DNA of 64,000 bases from Octopus sinensis (taxonomy: Eukaryota): the NCBI RefSeq assembly GCF_006345805.1, contig NC_042997.1, positions 205,840,001 through 205,904,000 on the forward strand, in the 5' to 3' direction. The position numbers were made by a program, and so were the translations under genes. How positions within the stretch are numbered: position 1 is the first letter of the stretch; the number at the start of each line of letters is the position of its first letter. Shown here piece by piece: positions 1-13,195 of the stretch. Under the pieces are notes generated by a model. That model was not told where the DNA came from and made no database searches. It saw only the letters and a program-made list of their open reading frames with translations.

Positions 1-313
1 ATAGTTTCAACAGTAATGGAATTTAATAAATCTTTCAAACGCTGTTCAATTTCCTCAAAATTTCCTTCAGAATATTTAAATCTCAGTGTATTAGTCTTGG
101 AATCTTTCCAAAGAACTTCAGCCAAAGTCTTTAATTGGTCATTAACTTCAGTTCTATGTTTCTTTAAAAAATTCAGATGGAACTTGGTAGGTAGTGAATA
201 GTCATGGACTTGCTGTTTCGAAATGATATTTTCTTCAGGTGGTTTCCAGAATGGTTGAACATCTAATTTCACACCTTCCAATTGATGTGGCATTCTACAA
301 ACGTTCAGCACAA
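1..313 (-). CDS. PARP14-like: Coding exon (4th coding exon seen; continues beyond window start) of a PARP14/PARP10-like RRM protein
   Basis: Acceptor cataatttag|TT at 314/313. Stop-free frame VLNVCRMPHQLEGVKLDVQPFWKPPEENIISKQ...LLNSITVET to base 1. Phase 1 matches the donor of the 5371-5604 exon. Not in the ORF track because the ORF is 3'-open. Confidence 0.8.
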
Positions 314-519
314 CTAAATTATGAAAAAGTAAAAAGATAAAATCATTTCGTTAGTGAGGGAAAAGGGGTGAACTGGGGAGTTCAGTGGGTAAATACAGAA
401 AAGTATTTGAAGACAAAGTTATATGTTATTATTATAATACATTAGCAAACAGAAAAATATAATCAATATTTAACTGATACTAAGTAAACACTATCTCTAT
501 TAATTATAATAAATACTAG

Positions 520-1780
520 AAACATCACTGTAATTTTGGTTTCAAATTTTGACACAAGGCCAGCAATTTCAGGAGAGTGGCTAAGTCAATTACATCAACC
601 CCAGTGCTCAACTGGTACTTATTTTATTGACCATAAACATCACTGGAATGTTTGTTTCAAATCTTGGCACAAGGCCAGCAATTTCAGGAGAGTGGTTAAG
701 TCAATTACATCAACCCCAGTGCTCAACTGGTACTTATTTTATTGACCATAAACATCACTGGAATTTTGGTTTCAAATTTTGGCACAAGGCCAGCAATTTC
801 AGGAGAGTGGTTAAGTCAATTACATCAACCCCAGTGCTCAACTGGTACTTATTTTATTGACCATAAACATCACTGGAATTTTGGTTTCAAATTTTGACAC
901 AAGGCCAGCAATTTCAGGAGAGTGGCTAAGTCAATTACATCAACCCCAGTGCTTAACTGGTACTTATTTTATTGACCATAAACATCACTGTAATTTTGGT
1001 TTCAAATTTTGGCACAAGGCCAGCAATTTCAGGAGAGTGTCTAAGTCAATTACATCAACCCCAGTGCTTAACTGGTACTTATTTTATTGACCATAAACAT
1101 CACTGTAATTTTGGTTTCAAATTTTGACACAAGGCCAGCAATTTCAGGAGAGTGGCTAAGTCAATTACATCAACCCCAGTGCTCAACTGGTACTTATTTT
1201 ACTGACCATAAACATCACTGGAATGTTTGTTTCAAATTTTGACACAAGGCCAGCAATTTCAGGAGAGTGGCTAAGTCAATTACATCAACACCAGTGCTCA
1301 ACTTGTAATTATTTTATTGACCATAAACATCACTGGAATGTTTGTTTCAAATTTTGGCACAAGGCCAGCAATTTCAGGAGAGTGGCTAAGTCAATTACAT
1401 CAACCCCAGTGCTCAACTGGTACTTATTTTATTGACCATAAACATCACTGGAATTTTGGTTTCAAATTTTGGCACAAGGCCAGCAATTTCAGGAGAGTGG
1501 CTAAGTCAATTACATCAACCCCAGTGCTCAACTGGTACTTATTTTATTGACCATAAACATCACTGGAATTTTGGTTTCAAATTTTGGCACAAGGCCAGCA
1601 ATTTCAGGAGAGTGACTAAGTCAATTACATCAACCCCGGTGCTCAACTGGTACTTATTTTATTGACCATAAACATCACTGGAATTTTGGTTTCAAATTTT
1701 GACACAAGGCCAGCAATTTCAGGAGAGTGGCTAAGTCAATTACATCAAACCCAGTCCTCAACTGGTACTTATTTTATTGA
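520..1780 (-). repeat. 115-bp minisatellite, ~11 copies, derived from the 3' half of a SINE
   Basis: Period 115 (ccataaacat at 631 and 746). The unit matches the body of dispersed SINE copies (63730-63905, 43900-44110) and runs directly into the SINE head at 1781-1903. Confidence 0.92.
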
Positions 1781-1903
1781 CCCCCAAAGGGATAAGAGAC
1801 AAAGTCAACGCTGGTAGAATTTGAACTCTAAGTGTAAAGTTTAATGAAATGCCACAAAGCATTTAGCCTGGCATGATAACTATTCTGCCATTTCACCACC
1901 TTA
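1781..1903 (-). mobile_element. tRNA-derived SINE head (family with gtcgacc..gaatttgaactc)
   Basis: Degenerate copy of the motif seen at 22400-22585, 43900-44110, 46130-46345 and 63730-63905. Confidence 0.75.
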
Positions 1904-1998
1904 ATCACTGAAATAATTATGAAAACATTGCTACTACAACAATGGTTCATTATAGCAATTATCAACTCTTACCGGCTAATGTGATGTTATTATCATCC

Positions 1999-2045
<47 letters not shown>

Positions 2046-2519
2046 TAGTTATATTTTTATAGCGTGCTTTCACTTCACTACCGAGCGCAGCTCTGTGTGC
2101 CTTGGGTATGTGCTGTGATTTTGATTTCACTTGCCTCAACAGGTCTTTGCAAGCAGAGTTTAGTGTCCAATGAAGGAAAGGCATGCATAAGTGGACTGGT
2201 TACACCCCTGGCCTATGCCAGGGGTGTAACCAGTTATAGTTATAGCCACATTGCTGTAGTTGATGTGTACACTGCAAAAAAATAAATTTACGGTAATGTA
2301 TCATAGTATTCCTCTGGTTATACGGCCTATTGCACATGGAGCTGACTTTCCAGTTCCTTTCACTCACTTGGTTTGAAGAATGTTACATTAAACAGTGATG
2401 AAGAAGCCAAATGAGAAGAAGGTGAATACTACTCTTGTGACTAAATCAAAAGTCTGTAGTTATTTACATAGCAAGAGCTCCTTGATTTGGTGAGATCTGA
2501 ACCTATCAAAGGGTGCAGT

Positions 2520-2860
2520 GGAAATTCTGGTTTAGGCTAAAAATGAGAAAGCTTTCATTACCGGGAACCTTCGTTTTGAAACCATCTCAGGAAACATGAG
2601 TTGTTACCATTCTTTGCTGAGGATGGAACAATGGTGTTTTTTGCTAAGCTATTTTGAGATCAAGAGTAATCCCCCAGAATGGAGGCTGTTCATGGATTCC
2701 TCCAAAAGGAGTTTGAAGGTTGTCTTCCTACACAATGGAAATAAGTATTCCACCATTCTGTACAACTACAGGACACATATGAAAATATAAAAAAAGTCTT
2801 TTGTTGAATATAAAATATGCAGAATACCACTGGCAAGTGTGTAGAGATTTCAAAATGATA
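2520..2860 (+). mobile_element. DNA transposase fragment (superfamily uncertain, possibly Chapaev/CMC-like)
   Basis: ORF 2596-2790 contains EWRLFMDSSKRSLKVVFLHNGNKY, a motif I recall from invertebrate cut-and-paste transposases. The following frame has IKYAEYHWQVCRDFK. Confidence 0.6.
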
Positions 2861-3350
2861 GAGCAGAGGAAGTTCAGAGAGCTGCTACCTCTGTTGGCAA
2901 CAAAAGGGCTCTCTCTCTCTCCCAAAGTGAAAGGTAGACTATATGGTGCTTGTGTGCACATAGCAGTGCAACATGGGCTCTGAATGTAGAAGACATGCAT
3001 AGACTGGAGAGAAATGAAGGCATTATGCTCCATTGGATGTGCAACATCAGTGTGCACATACAACAAATTACAAATGTGCTGAGGGAAAAGTTGGGAATAA
3101 GAGGAACCAGATGAAGCATGCAAAAAATAAGACTGTGCTGGTTTGGACACTGATGCATATGAATGAGGACAGTTGTATAAAGAAGTGCTGATCATTGAAC
3201 GTGGAGGATACCTGTGGAAGAGGGAGATCCAGGAAGACATGGGATGAAGTGGTGAGGACCTATCTCAGGATGTTGGGCCTCATGGAAGAAATGACAAAGG
3301 ACCAAGATGTCTGGCCTTATGAGGTTCTTGTGTATCCCACCTACATATAA
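2860..3350 (+). mobile_element. RTE-clade LINE 3' fragment
   Basis: RKFRELLPLLATKGLSL..KVKGRLYGACV, then frameshifted RLERNE..MLHWMCN, LREKLG, RLCWFGH and GRGRSRKTWDEVV. Confidence 0.8.
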
Positions 3351-3479
3351 CTACAAAAGCTTTGCACATCTTACTTCAACAAACCAATCTACATCTCCAC
3401 ATCTCCTCTTCCTCACAGATTGAAAGGATTAAATGTTATATGTCTAGATTTTAAAAAATACATAAGACACAGTACCAAA

Positions 3480-5290
3480 CAGTTGGATTAGTAAAACAAT
3501 GAGCATGTTTTGAATAGCAGAAACATGGAGAAAATGCTTAATGAACATATGAAACATTGGAAAACAAAATCTAAGAAAAGAGGAAATCAAAATCTCAGAA
3601 AAGTGAACATCAGACATGGAATATTCCAAGGTGATAACTTATCTCCATTACTATTCGTATTGGCCATGACACCGCTCATTTTGATACTAAGAAAAGTTGA
3701 AATTTCTTACAATTTGGGAAAAGGAAATGGTCAGATAAAATCATCTCCTTTTCATGGATGATATAAAGGTTTATGTGGAAAATGAGAAAAAACTTGAAAG
3801 TCTTGTATATACCATCCGGATTTTCTCAAATGACGTAGGTATGGAATTTGGGATAGAAAAATGTGCTATTTTGAAAATGACACAAGGAAAATTTGAAAGA
3901 AGCCAGGGAATTGAAATGCCAAATGGACAAACAATGAAAACGGTTGAGAAAGGACAGTGGTAAAAGTAGTAGGGAACATTGGAAACAGACGAGACAAAAA
4001 ATAAAGAAATGAAACAATTACCAGTAGGGAGTTAACAAGGAGAGTCAGAAAATTATTGCTGAATGCAAAAAAAGAAAAAAATGTTATTAAAGCAAAAAGT
4101 GCAAGAGCAGAACCTGTAATCAGATATGGAGTTGGAAATGTAGACTGGAGCAAAAACGATAGAAAGAAACTGGAGAGGAAAACTAGAAATGTATGGAGCC
4201 CACCATCCAAACCTAACAATAATAGACAAAGAAAAGTAATGTTGTTTACTAATTGATCCACCTTGTTAATTTGATTCCAGGATTGTAAAGAAAGGAGATG
4301 AAAAATGTTTTAAATCCAATCCCTTAAAATTTGAAATGGTGAGAATTTGGAGTATCAGAACCGTAACGGTCGTGCTTATTATAATAATTGGGAAGTGTAA
4401 GTAAAGATATAGACAAATGGTTGTAAGAGTTTGGAATAGGATGTCCTGTAGAGCTTCAGCAGAAAGTTTGCCTCTTAGAGACAGGAAAAACAACTACTAC
4501 TACAATAATTTGATGAAGTCATTGCCCTTACTGTGAATGAATGCTCTCAAGTTGCCCAAAACCAATATGAGTTGTGATGCATGAGCCTGGTGTACCCTTA
4601 TCAGATGGGTAGTCATGATGGGTATACTGGGCTTCATATATTCATACCCCAGTGTCACTTTGATGGCATGCACTGCTCTCTCACTCAACAACAACAACAA
4701 TAATAATGATAATAATAATAATAATAATTTGATGAAGCCATTGCCCTTACTGTGAATGAATGCTCTCAACATGCCCCAAACCAATATGAGTTGTGGTGAC
4801 ATGATGAGGCTACAAAAGTGATGCATTGGAAACTGTGAGGAAAGTTGGGGTTAGAGAGAAGCAAAACATGGTACAAACACAAACCACAGAGAATCACAGA
4901 GTCAGAGACCTGTAAAATATTGTGGGATTTTTCAATTCAGAAAGGGCCAAGTGCTTGAGTACAACAAGCCAGGCCTGGTCGTTGTGGACAAGGTGAACCA
5001 CATGTGTTCTATAACTGATGTTGCATACGCGTTTGACCCACAATTAGTTAGGTGAACAAGTGGACAATCCTCTTAAATGTGCTTGACTGTGAAAGATGGA
5101 GATAGTACTAATTATTATTGGGGCCCTGGGGACAGTATCAGAAGATATTAAGAGGAAATGAGGACAGAGCGCTGAGTAGAGCTGTCTGCCACCTTGTCAC
5201 AGCCATTATCATCAAGAAAATATTACATGGCTGAACAGAAGAGATAGCATGGTACCGCAGGCTGCGGATAGCAAGCCTCCAGGAGTTCCA
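3480..5290 (+). mobile_element. R4/Dong-like non-LTR retrotransposon remnants, interrupted at ~4260-4820
   Basis: RT motifs GIFQGDNLSPLLF, FMDDIKVY and FSNDVGMEFGIEKCA. The 3' part has KILWDFSIQ and IIIGALGTVS, typical of restriction-like-endonuclease elements. Frameshifted. Confidence 0.75.
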
Positions 5291-5370
5291 ACAAAACCTG
5301 AATTAAAACAATGCTAATAACTGACTCTGATAGGTAGACTAGACAAAGAGAGCAGAAAAAAATTACTTAC

Positions 5371-5604
5371 CACACGCCTCTTTAAAACTTATTATGTAAG
5401 TATCAGAGGTTTGTTGTTGAACTGAAGAAATATCTCCACCAACACTTTTTTTTCTACTTCCAAAATATCTTCGAAGACTGTCAAAGCTGACATTTGAAGA
5501 AACGTTTTTCACTTGAACACTGTTTATTTCCTTAATTCTATCCACTTTCAGTTGATTTCCTTTTAAGGGGTTGTTTTGGCACATCCTCTGAACATCCTCA
5601 AAAT
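5371..5604 (-). CDS. PARP14-like: Coding exon, RRM-like module of PARP14/PARP10-like gene
   Basis: Acceptor tatttattgcag|AT and donor TGTG|gtaagt; 234 nt, phase 1-1. DFEDVQRMCQNNPLKGNQLKV...SLRRYFGSRKKSVGGDISSV resembles the YFExxRRSGGG motif of PARP14/PARP10/NMI-type RRMs. Confidence 0.88.
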
Positions 5605-5769
5605 CTGCAATAAATACAGTGAATGGAAATACATTTTGGTAAAAGAATCAAATTGAAGTCAATTTACTGATGTTTTAACACATTTTACTTTTAATTGATT
5701 TTAAATGATTCTTCATATTTGGAGATTTTAGCATTAAAATGCAGTTCCAATTATTTAACAACTCCATAT

Positions 5770-6205
5770 AGGCACAGGTGTGGCTGTGTGGTAAGATGGT
5801 TGCTTCCCAGCCATATGGTTCTGGGTTCAGTCCTACTGTGTAGCACTTGGAAACAAATGTATTCTACTATAGCCTGGGTTAACCAAAGCCTTATGAGTGG
5901 ATTTGGTAGACGAAGACTGAAAGAAGCCATCTGTCTGTCTGTCCGTCTGTATGTTACTGTCTCCTTGCTTGTTGTAAATGAGTGTCCCTGTCATACAAGC
6001 AGTGTCCGTCATTTCCAGTCTTCCTTAAAACATGTCTGGTCACTGGGAAACATTACCTTACTTGGAAATAGGTGAAGGTTGGCAACATGAAGGGCATCCA
6101 GCTGCAGAAAATCCAACTCATCATCAAATTTTGTCCAACCCATGCAAGCATGGAAAAGTGGATTTTAAAACAGTGATGCTGATCATGATGATGATGATGA
6201 TGTGT
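5770..6205 (+). mobile_element. tRNA-derived SINE with RTE-like 3' tail
   Basis: A-box tggctgtgtgg and B-box ggttcagtcc. The 3' end aagggcatccagc..ccaacccatgc..gatgatgatg is shared with RTE 3' ends at 17800 and 21075. Confidence 0.8.
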
Positions 6206-8807
6206 CCTTTAGTAAATGTTTACTCATCCTTAATTGTAAAAGGTATTTCTATTTAGGGATAAATAAAGTGTAAAACATAAGAAACAAAATTTGATTGAGC
6301 AGATTTATGATGAAAGACAATCCAACCATGACCATTCCAATATCTAGAATGGTAGCTTCTGTTTTGAAGAAGGCAGGGTGTAATGGGAGGGATACTTTCC
6401 TGCTATTTCTATCAGCCTGAGCAACTGTGTAAAGGTCTTCAGATCCTTAAAAGTGTGTATTTTAAGGTAGAGATGGGAATTTCAACATTTCTCGTCTGGG
6501 CTCATTCTTGTATTCTAGAATATTGTACTTTGGTTAAAGACATGACAATATCAGAGACAAGTTAGAGATGAAGTTATTTAGACAAAAAAAACAAAAAAAA
6601 ACAAACTATTTCACTAAAAATACATATAACTACCCAACCATTTCTAAAGATATATCATCATTTAAGTTCTGTTGTCCATGCTGGCATGGGTTGGACGGTT
6701 TGACTGGGCTGGCATGCTGGAAGGCTGCATCAGACTCCAGTCTGATTTAGCATGGTTTTCTTTGGCTGAATGCCCTTCCTAACGCCAACCACTCTGAGAA
6801 TGTAATGGGTCCCTTTACATGCTTTGATGAATCTTCCCAAACATGACATAATACCAAAAATCTTCGTCATTGCCTCTGTGAGGCCCAACGCTCGAAAAGA
6901 ATTCAGCTACTTTGCGTCCGTGAGGCCCAACATTCAAAAGATGTTCTTTATGTGCCACCAGCACAGATCCCCAAATGTCTCTTGATTTCAAATTCTGACA
7001 CAAGGCCAGCAATTTGGAGGGAAGGGTTAGTTGATTGCATCAACCCCAATATTCCACCGGTACTTATTTCTTGAACCCTGCGAGGATGCAAGACTAGTAG
7101 GACAAGGAAAGAGAAGGAAGATGGGAGAGGGTCAAGAGAGAGAGAGAGAGAGAGAGAAAGCTTGTCCAAAAGGAAGTGACCAGGTTATGAGTAGTAGAGG
7201 GGATAGAGTGGGGGGAGTCTGCTTTGGCATGGTTTTTACATTTGGATGCCATTCTTAATGCCAACCATTTCACAGAGAGGGCTAGGGGCATTTTAAGGGG
7301 CACCTGCACTGGTAAGGTCTCCTCTCATATGGTTTTTATAGCAGGATGCCCCTCCTAATGCCAACCGTTATACAGAGTGGACTGGATGCTTTATACATGG
7401 CACCAGACCCAGCAAGGTCACCAAGTAACTTGCAAAACAAAGATCCTTTGAGAGGAGGGGCTGTGGTATTGGAGGAGGTGGCTTTGTGGTGTGAGGTGAT
7501 GTGTAGATACAGTATGACTGAAGGATGGAAACAGGTGTCTTGCTGTAGTGGAGTTTTGTATCCTTGTGTGTTGGAAAAAAAATAACACGGACAGAAGAAA
7601 GAAACATGAGGTTAAGCACTCTCTGCCAAACGGATCACAGTCAACTGCGCCAACCAATCAACTGCTGACACTCGGACAGTTCTCCATTTTATAGCAATGT
7701 GCTAATCCACTTTCATTCACTTGGGTGGGGGTGGGAAGCATTCCACGACATGGAGAGACATGGTTACCCGAGTCAGAGGGAAAGAGAAAGAGAGAGAGAG
7801 AGAGAGAGAGACGGTGGTAATGTGTCAGGGTATACTCTTAAAGTATGAGGATGGGAATGTAAATGGGATAGTATTGGATTTCCCAGGGTGCATGAATAGG
7901 GGGTTCATGTGAATGCCAGCAGGAGAGGAAGGACAGGATTGCAGGAGAAGAGAGGGAGAGGTAAGCATAGTGCATGAAGAAGAGGAGCAGAGATGTAGTT
8001 TTGGTCTATTGAGGTAGGGTGTGATGAGTGATTTAATGTTAGATAGGGGTGGAAGACACAGCAGTGGGGTGGGCAGGTCTTCTCGAGAACCTTCTATAAC
8101 CAGACATCACGATACATTGTCATCTTGAGATTGGCTCTCTCTTCCACACCTGCCATCCCCTTTAAGCAATCAACACTTCTATATACAGCTATTTCCATTC
8201 ATACACATCACATGTCCAAACCAATGCAATCTTGTCTCTTGCATGCAGCAATTCATTCCGCTTACGACCAACTTTTCTCTCAGCACATTTCCACTTTGTC
8301 ATACATGCACACTGACGTTGCATATCCAACGGAGCATACTGCTCCCGTTCCTCTCTAGTCTATGCATGTCTTAAGTGACCACTTGGCAAATAACTATAAA
8401 GAAGGGAAACTGAATCAGAGCATGTGTTTATTATTGGCATACTGACCCTCCCAAGACACACAAAAAATATTTTGTTTTAGAATTAAACTATATATTTCTT
8501 TTATTATTCTGTAATATGCATTTACATGGTAAAGACTCAGTTTTCTTTTTGTTCTAGGTAGAAATTTTTAACAAGTTCCCTCTATCAATCAAACAAAGAT
8601 GGTAAAATATTCCATTTACTTTCCCTCTTTCCAATGTTTAGAAACTGAAGGAACGGTCAAATACTGGAATCAGTTTCACTGATAAAACATCATCTCTAAT
8701 ATTTCTGATTTCCTGCTGGATAACCATCATTCCTGACAAATTTCTTCCTTTCCTGATAAATGTGAGAAACCAAAAGGCAAAATCTGGGAAGAAATAAAAG
8801 ATATAAA

Positions 8808-9200
8808 TAGGTGCAGACAAGGCTGTGTGCTAAGAAGTTTACTTCCCAACCACATGGTTCTGGGTTCAGTCCCACTGCATGGCACCTTGGGTGAGAATCT
8901 TCTACAGTAGCCTCAGTTCGGCCGAGGCATTATGAGTGGATTTGGTAGATGGAAACTGAAAGAAGCCCAGTATGTGTGTGTGTGTGACTGTTTGTTATCC
9001 ACCACTATTTGATGACTGGTATCAGTGTGTTTATGTTCCTATAACTTAGCAGATCAGCAAAATAGAGTGATTAAATGTTACCACGCTTAAAAAAGTGAGA
9101 AGCACTGGGGTTGATTCTTTTGACACAAAAAGATCTTCAAGGTGGTGCCCCAGCATGGCCTGAGTCATTAGACTAAAACATTTAAAACATAAAAGATATA
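8808..9200 (+). mobile_element. tRNA-derived SINE
   Basis: Same head as 5770 and 47959. 3' end ggtgccccagcatggcc. Confidence 0.8.
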
Positions 9201-9268
9201 CCAATCCTGTTAACAAAACAAAATTCAAGAAATCTTTTTCGTAACAAATCAAACTTGAAGAAACTTAC

Positions 9269-9505
9269 CAATTTCATTTTCGCAATAGACAAGAAAAGTT
9301 CCAGGTTTTCTTCCAGGGAAGACATATACAATTTCTAATTTCCCGTTCTCTTCCAAAAAATCAATTAACATTTTGTCCGACATGTCTTTGGGGCCATTTG
9401 ACACAATCATTGCATCTTCTTGCCAAACTAGATTTTTATACCAGTCCACTTGAAGTTCATGTTTGCTTACATTATGGACCTTCTTTTTGACAACATTTTC
9501 TGCAT
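9269..9505 (-). CDS. PARP14-like: Coding exon, RRM-like module of PARP14/PARP10-like gene
   Basis: Acceptor tattttgattttcag|AT and donor ATTG|gtaagt; 237 nt, phase 1-1. DAENVVKKKVHNVSKHELQVDWY...GRKPGTFLVYCENEI joins in frame to both neighbouring exons. Confidence 0.88.
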
Positions 9506-10329
9506 CTGAAAATCAAAATAGCAGAAGAAATTGAGAATATAATGTCATTATTAATGAATGGAGGTCATGGTTGTGTTGGTGTAGAACCAGGTCAGAGACA
9601 TTCCGACCATAAATACCCCCAAGTGTCCTTCCTTCTTTAAGATGTTAGGTGGTACATGAAGAAGATTTAACTGCCTTTTCTAGCAGATCAAGTCATAACT
9701 TAGAAGCCCCTTTGTTTGTTCAATAGCTTAGAGGATTATGAGGTTCCCTGTACAATTAATTGGTTCTAGTTCAATCCCACTGTCCAACAGCACCTTGAGC
9801 AAGTATCTTCTACCGCAGCCTCAAGACTGATATTTGCGACTGATATTTGGAAGAGAGAAACTGTGGACATCACAGGATTTGTGTGTGTGTGTGAGTTATC
9901 ACCAAAAGGCATTACTTGGAGGAGGCAGTACTCAATGAAAAGCTTTATAACTAGCAGACCATTATGTAGATAGAGAAAGATTCTTCAGATTTGAGGTGAC
10001 CTGTTGTCATCAAACATCAAGGCAACATCCCTGCTGATTAATATAGAATGCAATAATTATGATGATGATGATGATGATTTCTTTTAATTGCCACAAGTGA
10101 GGGGCATTACTCGGACATTTTACAATCTGTGTGTGTGTTGGGGGTTACATAAAGGATGAAGGGAAAGAAAGCACCAGTCAATGAACCCCACAGATCCAGG
10201 ATCACCCTGACCATGAAGGGCACGAGTCCTCACCCCGGTGTTGCCCTCCACTCACCAGGTGCATGCCTAAAGGAGCTTCATTCACCCTAATCATTCTTAC
10301 CAGTCAGCCACCTTCCCTCTCCACCCTCA

Positions 10330-10860
10330 ATTTCTTTTCCAAATGGAACTTTAAAAAAAAAAGGGATCTGGGTTTAACTTAAGTGGAAGGTGCCTTTCCT
10401 TAATTTTTTTCAGCCTCGTCCACCACACAAGCCCTTTCTCTAGGGAGAGAAACATCTTCTGCCCTGCTTTGTTAAAGGTCAGTGATGGGGTAATCCTCAA
10501 AACAGACTCAACTCATAGCCAGATCCTTCCTACATGTGCCAACAGCTGTTCAACATGACTCTGCAGATCAGAAATGCTTGGACACTGTACGAGGGCATCT
10601 CAGCCAGTCCCATCCATAGAGTTTATGCCAGCGCTGCTCCTCGGTAACCAGACCAAGAATTTCTGGAAACTACCTGTGCTAATTCCTGGCCTGAATGTCC
10701 TCCAAAGCAGACCAGATGCTTCATACTGGTCAACGCCTAATGTTTTCCTGAGAATGTCATTGCTCTTAGCCGACAATAGATTTCTATATATTGCTAACAT
10801 AGAACTTCCATGACCACAATACTTGATTGGCAGTGAATGCCAGATGACATTCCAGATGCC
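10330..10860 (-). mobile_element. Tx1/L1-like LINE C-terminal fragment
   Basis: LWRTFRPGISTGSFQKFLVW, then ALVQCPSISDLQSHVEQLLAHVGRI, which I recall as the zinc-knuckle end of Tx1-like ORF2. Degenerate. Confidence 0.5.
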
Positions 10861-11439
10861 ATGACTCTAATCCTGGTCTTTTTTTTTCTTGATCCCAGAC
10901 TGCAGCTTCCACCCATCCCCCCACTTTTTCATGCTAGCATAAGTTAGACGGAGACTTTAATTTACAAAGGATTTCACAGAACAATATTCAGAGAGAGGGA
11001 ACATGTGTTTCTCTATGCATATTTCATGTCTCTATTTCCTGTATCCTAGTTTGGTAGACTCACTTCTGCCATAACATTCCATTATGGCCCTTTTGTCATT
11101 CTGAGATCATCTTCTTCTCTACTTTGCAGAAGTATTCGAATAAACGACCAAGCCCACCTGGATGTACAGCAGGTCGCAAAAGGCTTTTCCTTGGGGATTC
11201 AGTGTTGTGATGATAATTTTTATTTGGCATTTCACTCAAAGAGGACTGTGTGTTTCAACCAAAAGCAACCATCTAAAGGCAAAAGAGACCTACTTCCCGT
11301 TGTCGTAGACCTAACCCAATAAAGGGGACCTCTCTATCTTCTCTGGTCTCGGCAGGTACACATTATCATTACGGCTACTATCATGGACCAGTAGCACAGT
11401 GTACAACGATATGACAATAACAAGGCTGTCTTCAGCAGC

Positions 11440-11478
<39 letters not shown>

Positions 11479-12011
11479 CATAATAAAGAAATACTGTCTG
11501 GATGGTCATTGATTCAAACTGAGACCCTCCACCATTTGCCTGGTTTCAGTTTTTGTCCTGCAGGGTGATCAAATACAAAGAAAAACATTCATCTCACAAA
11601 GTATCCACTGTGAGGTTGCTGGGTTTGTCCCTGATGGCCTGTCCTTCATGGATATTGACCAATTTCTGGCCTGCCACCATGGCTGCACTGGTGGTGGTGG
11701 TGGAGACACAAATGAACAATGCTGAGAGCAATGAGGGGAAGAACAAAAAAAATATGTTTAAGGAAAAAAGCAGGGGGTTCATAAGGTGACCCGAGTACTG
11801 CTGACACTGATGAAGTGGAGGGGACTGGATGATTATATTGGGGGTCAGGGTCAAGTGGTAAACTCTGATACATCCACCATACAGAGGGTATGCCAAGAAA
11901 TTGCAATACTGTTATCACCATCATTATTATTATTATTATTATTATTACTATTAAGACAAGACAAAGAGCACGATGCGATAGCAATAGATATTTTATTAGT
12001 TGAATGATATT

Positions 12012-13195
12012 TTAATAGTAATGCTGTCTTTGTCGAGTTGAAAATAAGAAGTGATAAAAATTCAAAATTATAGAAATTTAAATTTGAAGTATGAACGAGA
12101 GAAACCAGCATCCACACGTTGATGGAATGACATCATCAGGCTTCAATTTTATAACAGGCAAAAAAGAAAGAGACAGAAAAAAAGAGGTAAGGAAAAAAGG
12201 AAAGGAAAAAGAATATTTAATCAAAGAGTTTTGTATAAATTTGATGAAATTTTCCTGTCATTTTATTCATTCCTCCAAGGGCGTGATGTTAATAACCCAC
12301 AAACATATTTCTCCTCATGCATTTTGAGAAGTGAAAGTGAAGCAGATTCAGAATATTTTCTGAGAATATGCACTTTCAAGTCTTCCTCAAAATTGCAGCC
12401 ATTTGAAGCAAAATGTTCAGCAAGGTCTGTCGAACTACTGTTGTTGTGCCTGATGTCATATCTGTGCCCATTAAATCTTTTGTTTAATTGTTCTGTTGTG
12501 CAGCCAATATAAATCAAGTTGTGTTTCGTGCATTCTGCCATGAACACCAAATGGTAATCTCTACATGTCCCATCTTCTGTATAAATCATAACATTTCTGT
12601 TATGATTCCTGATTTGACTCATGTTATTGCGCAATGAACAGGGCTTACCTCTCTTGCAGCTGTTTTTCAAGGTACAGCAGAAACTCCAATGTTAGTTTTT
12701 TGGGGGCCAGAAGTAGAGCTCGATAATTCTCTTATATTTTTGTCCTATCTAAAGGTTACAATAGGCAGCTGAAGAAATATCTGTTTGAAATGAGGATATT
12801 TTTGCGCCACATGTTGGTAACTTTCTTTCAACACTTTTGAAATGCCAGTGAAATTTCAATGCCAGTTAATCACTAAAGGAATTCTGTCATTAATTGTATT
12901 GTGTTTGCTAAAATTATGCATGACGGTTTAACTATCTTTGCTAAGCTTAGCTATTTCATTTGCTATTTCCTTTAATCATGATGATTCACTATAACTGCAG
13001 TTGACATAATGGTGTACAAAAGCATTTGCATGTTTCCAGTAATCCCCTATGTCAGTACAAATGCTTAAAGACTGATGATGTCATTCCATCAACATGTGGA
13101 AGCTTTTTGTTCTCGTTCATACTTTAAACTTAAATTTCTATAATTTTGAATTTTTATCACTTCTTATTTTGAAAGACAGTATTACTGTGTTGAAA
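12012..13195 (-). mobile_element. Penelope-like element: GIY-YIG end flanked by ~125-bp inverted repeats
   Basis: ORF 12263-12670 has ECTKHNLIYIGCTTEQLNKRFNGHRYDI..LAEHF..DLKVHIL (GIY-YIG). 12012-12139 is the reverse complement of 13072-13195. Confidence 0.85.

Noticed and set aside
5778-5835. tRNA genes at A-box/B-box motifs
   Set aside because: They are SINE heads with no cloverleaf, each followed by the SINE body.
12088-13110. Hammerhead ribozyme at CTGATGA in the Penelope ends (also 22146)
   Set aside because: No properly placed GAAA core or stem III could be found.
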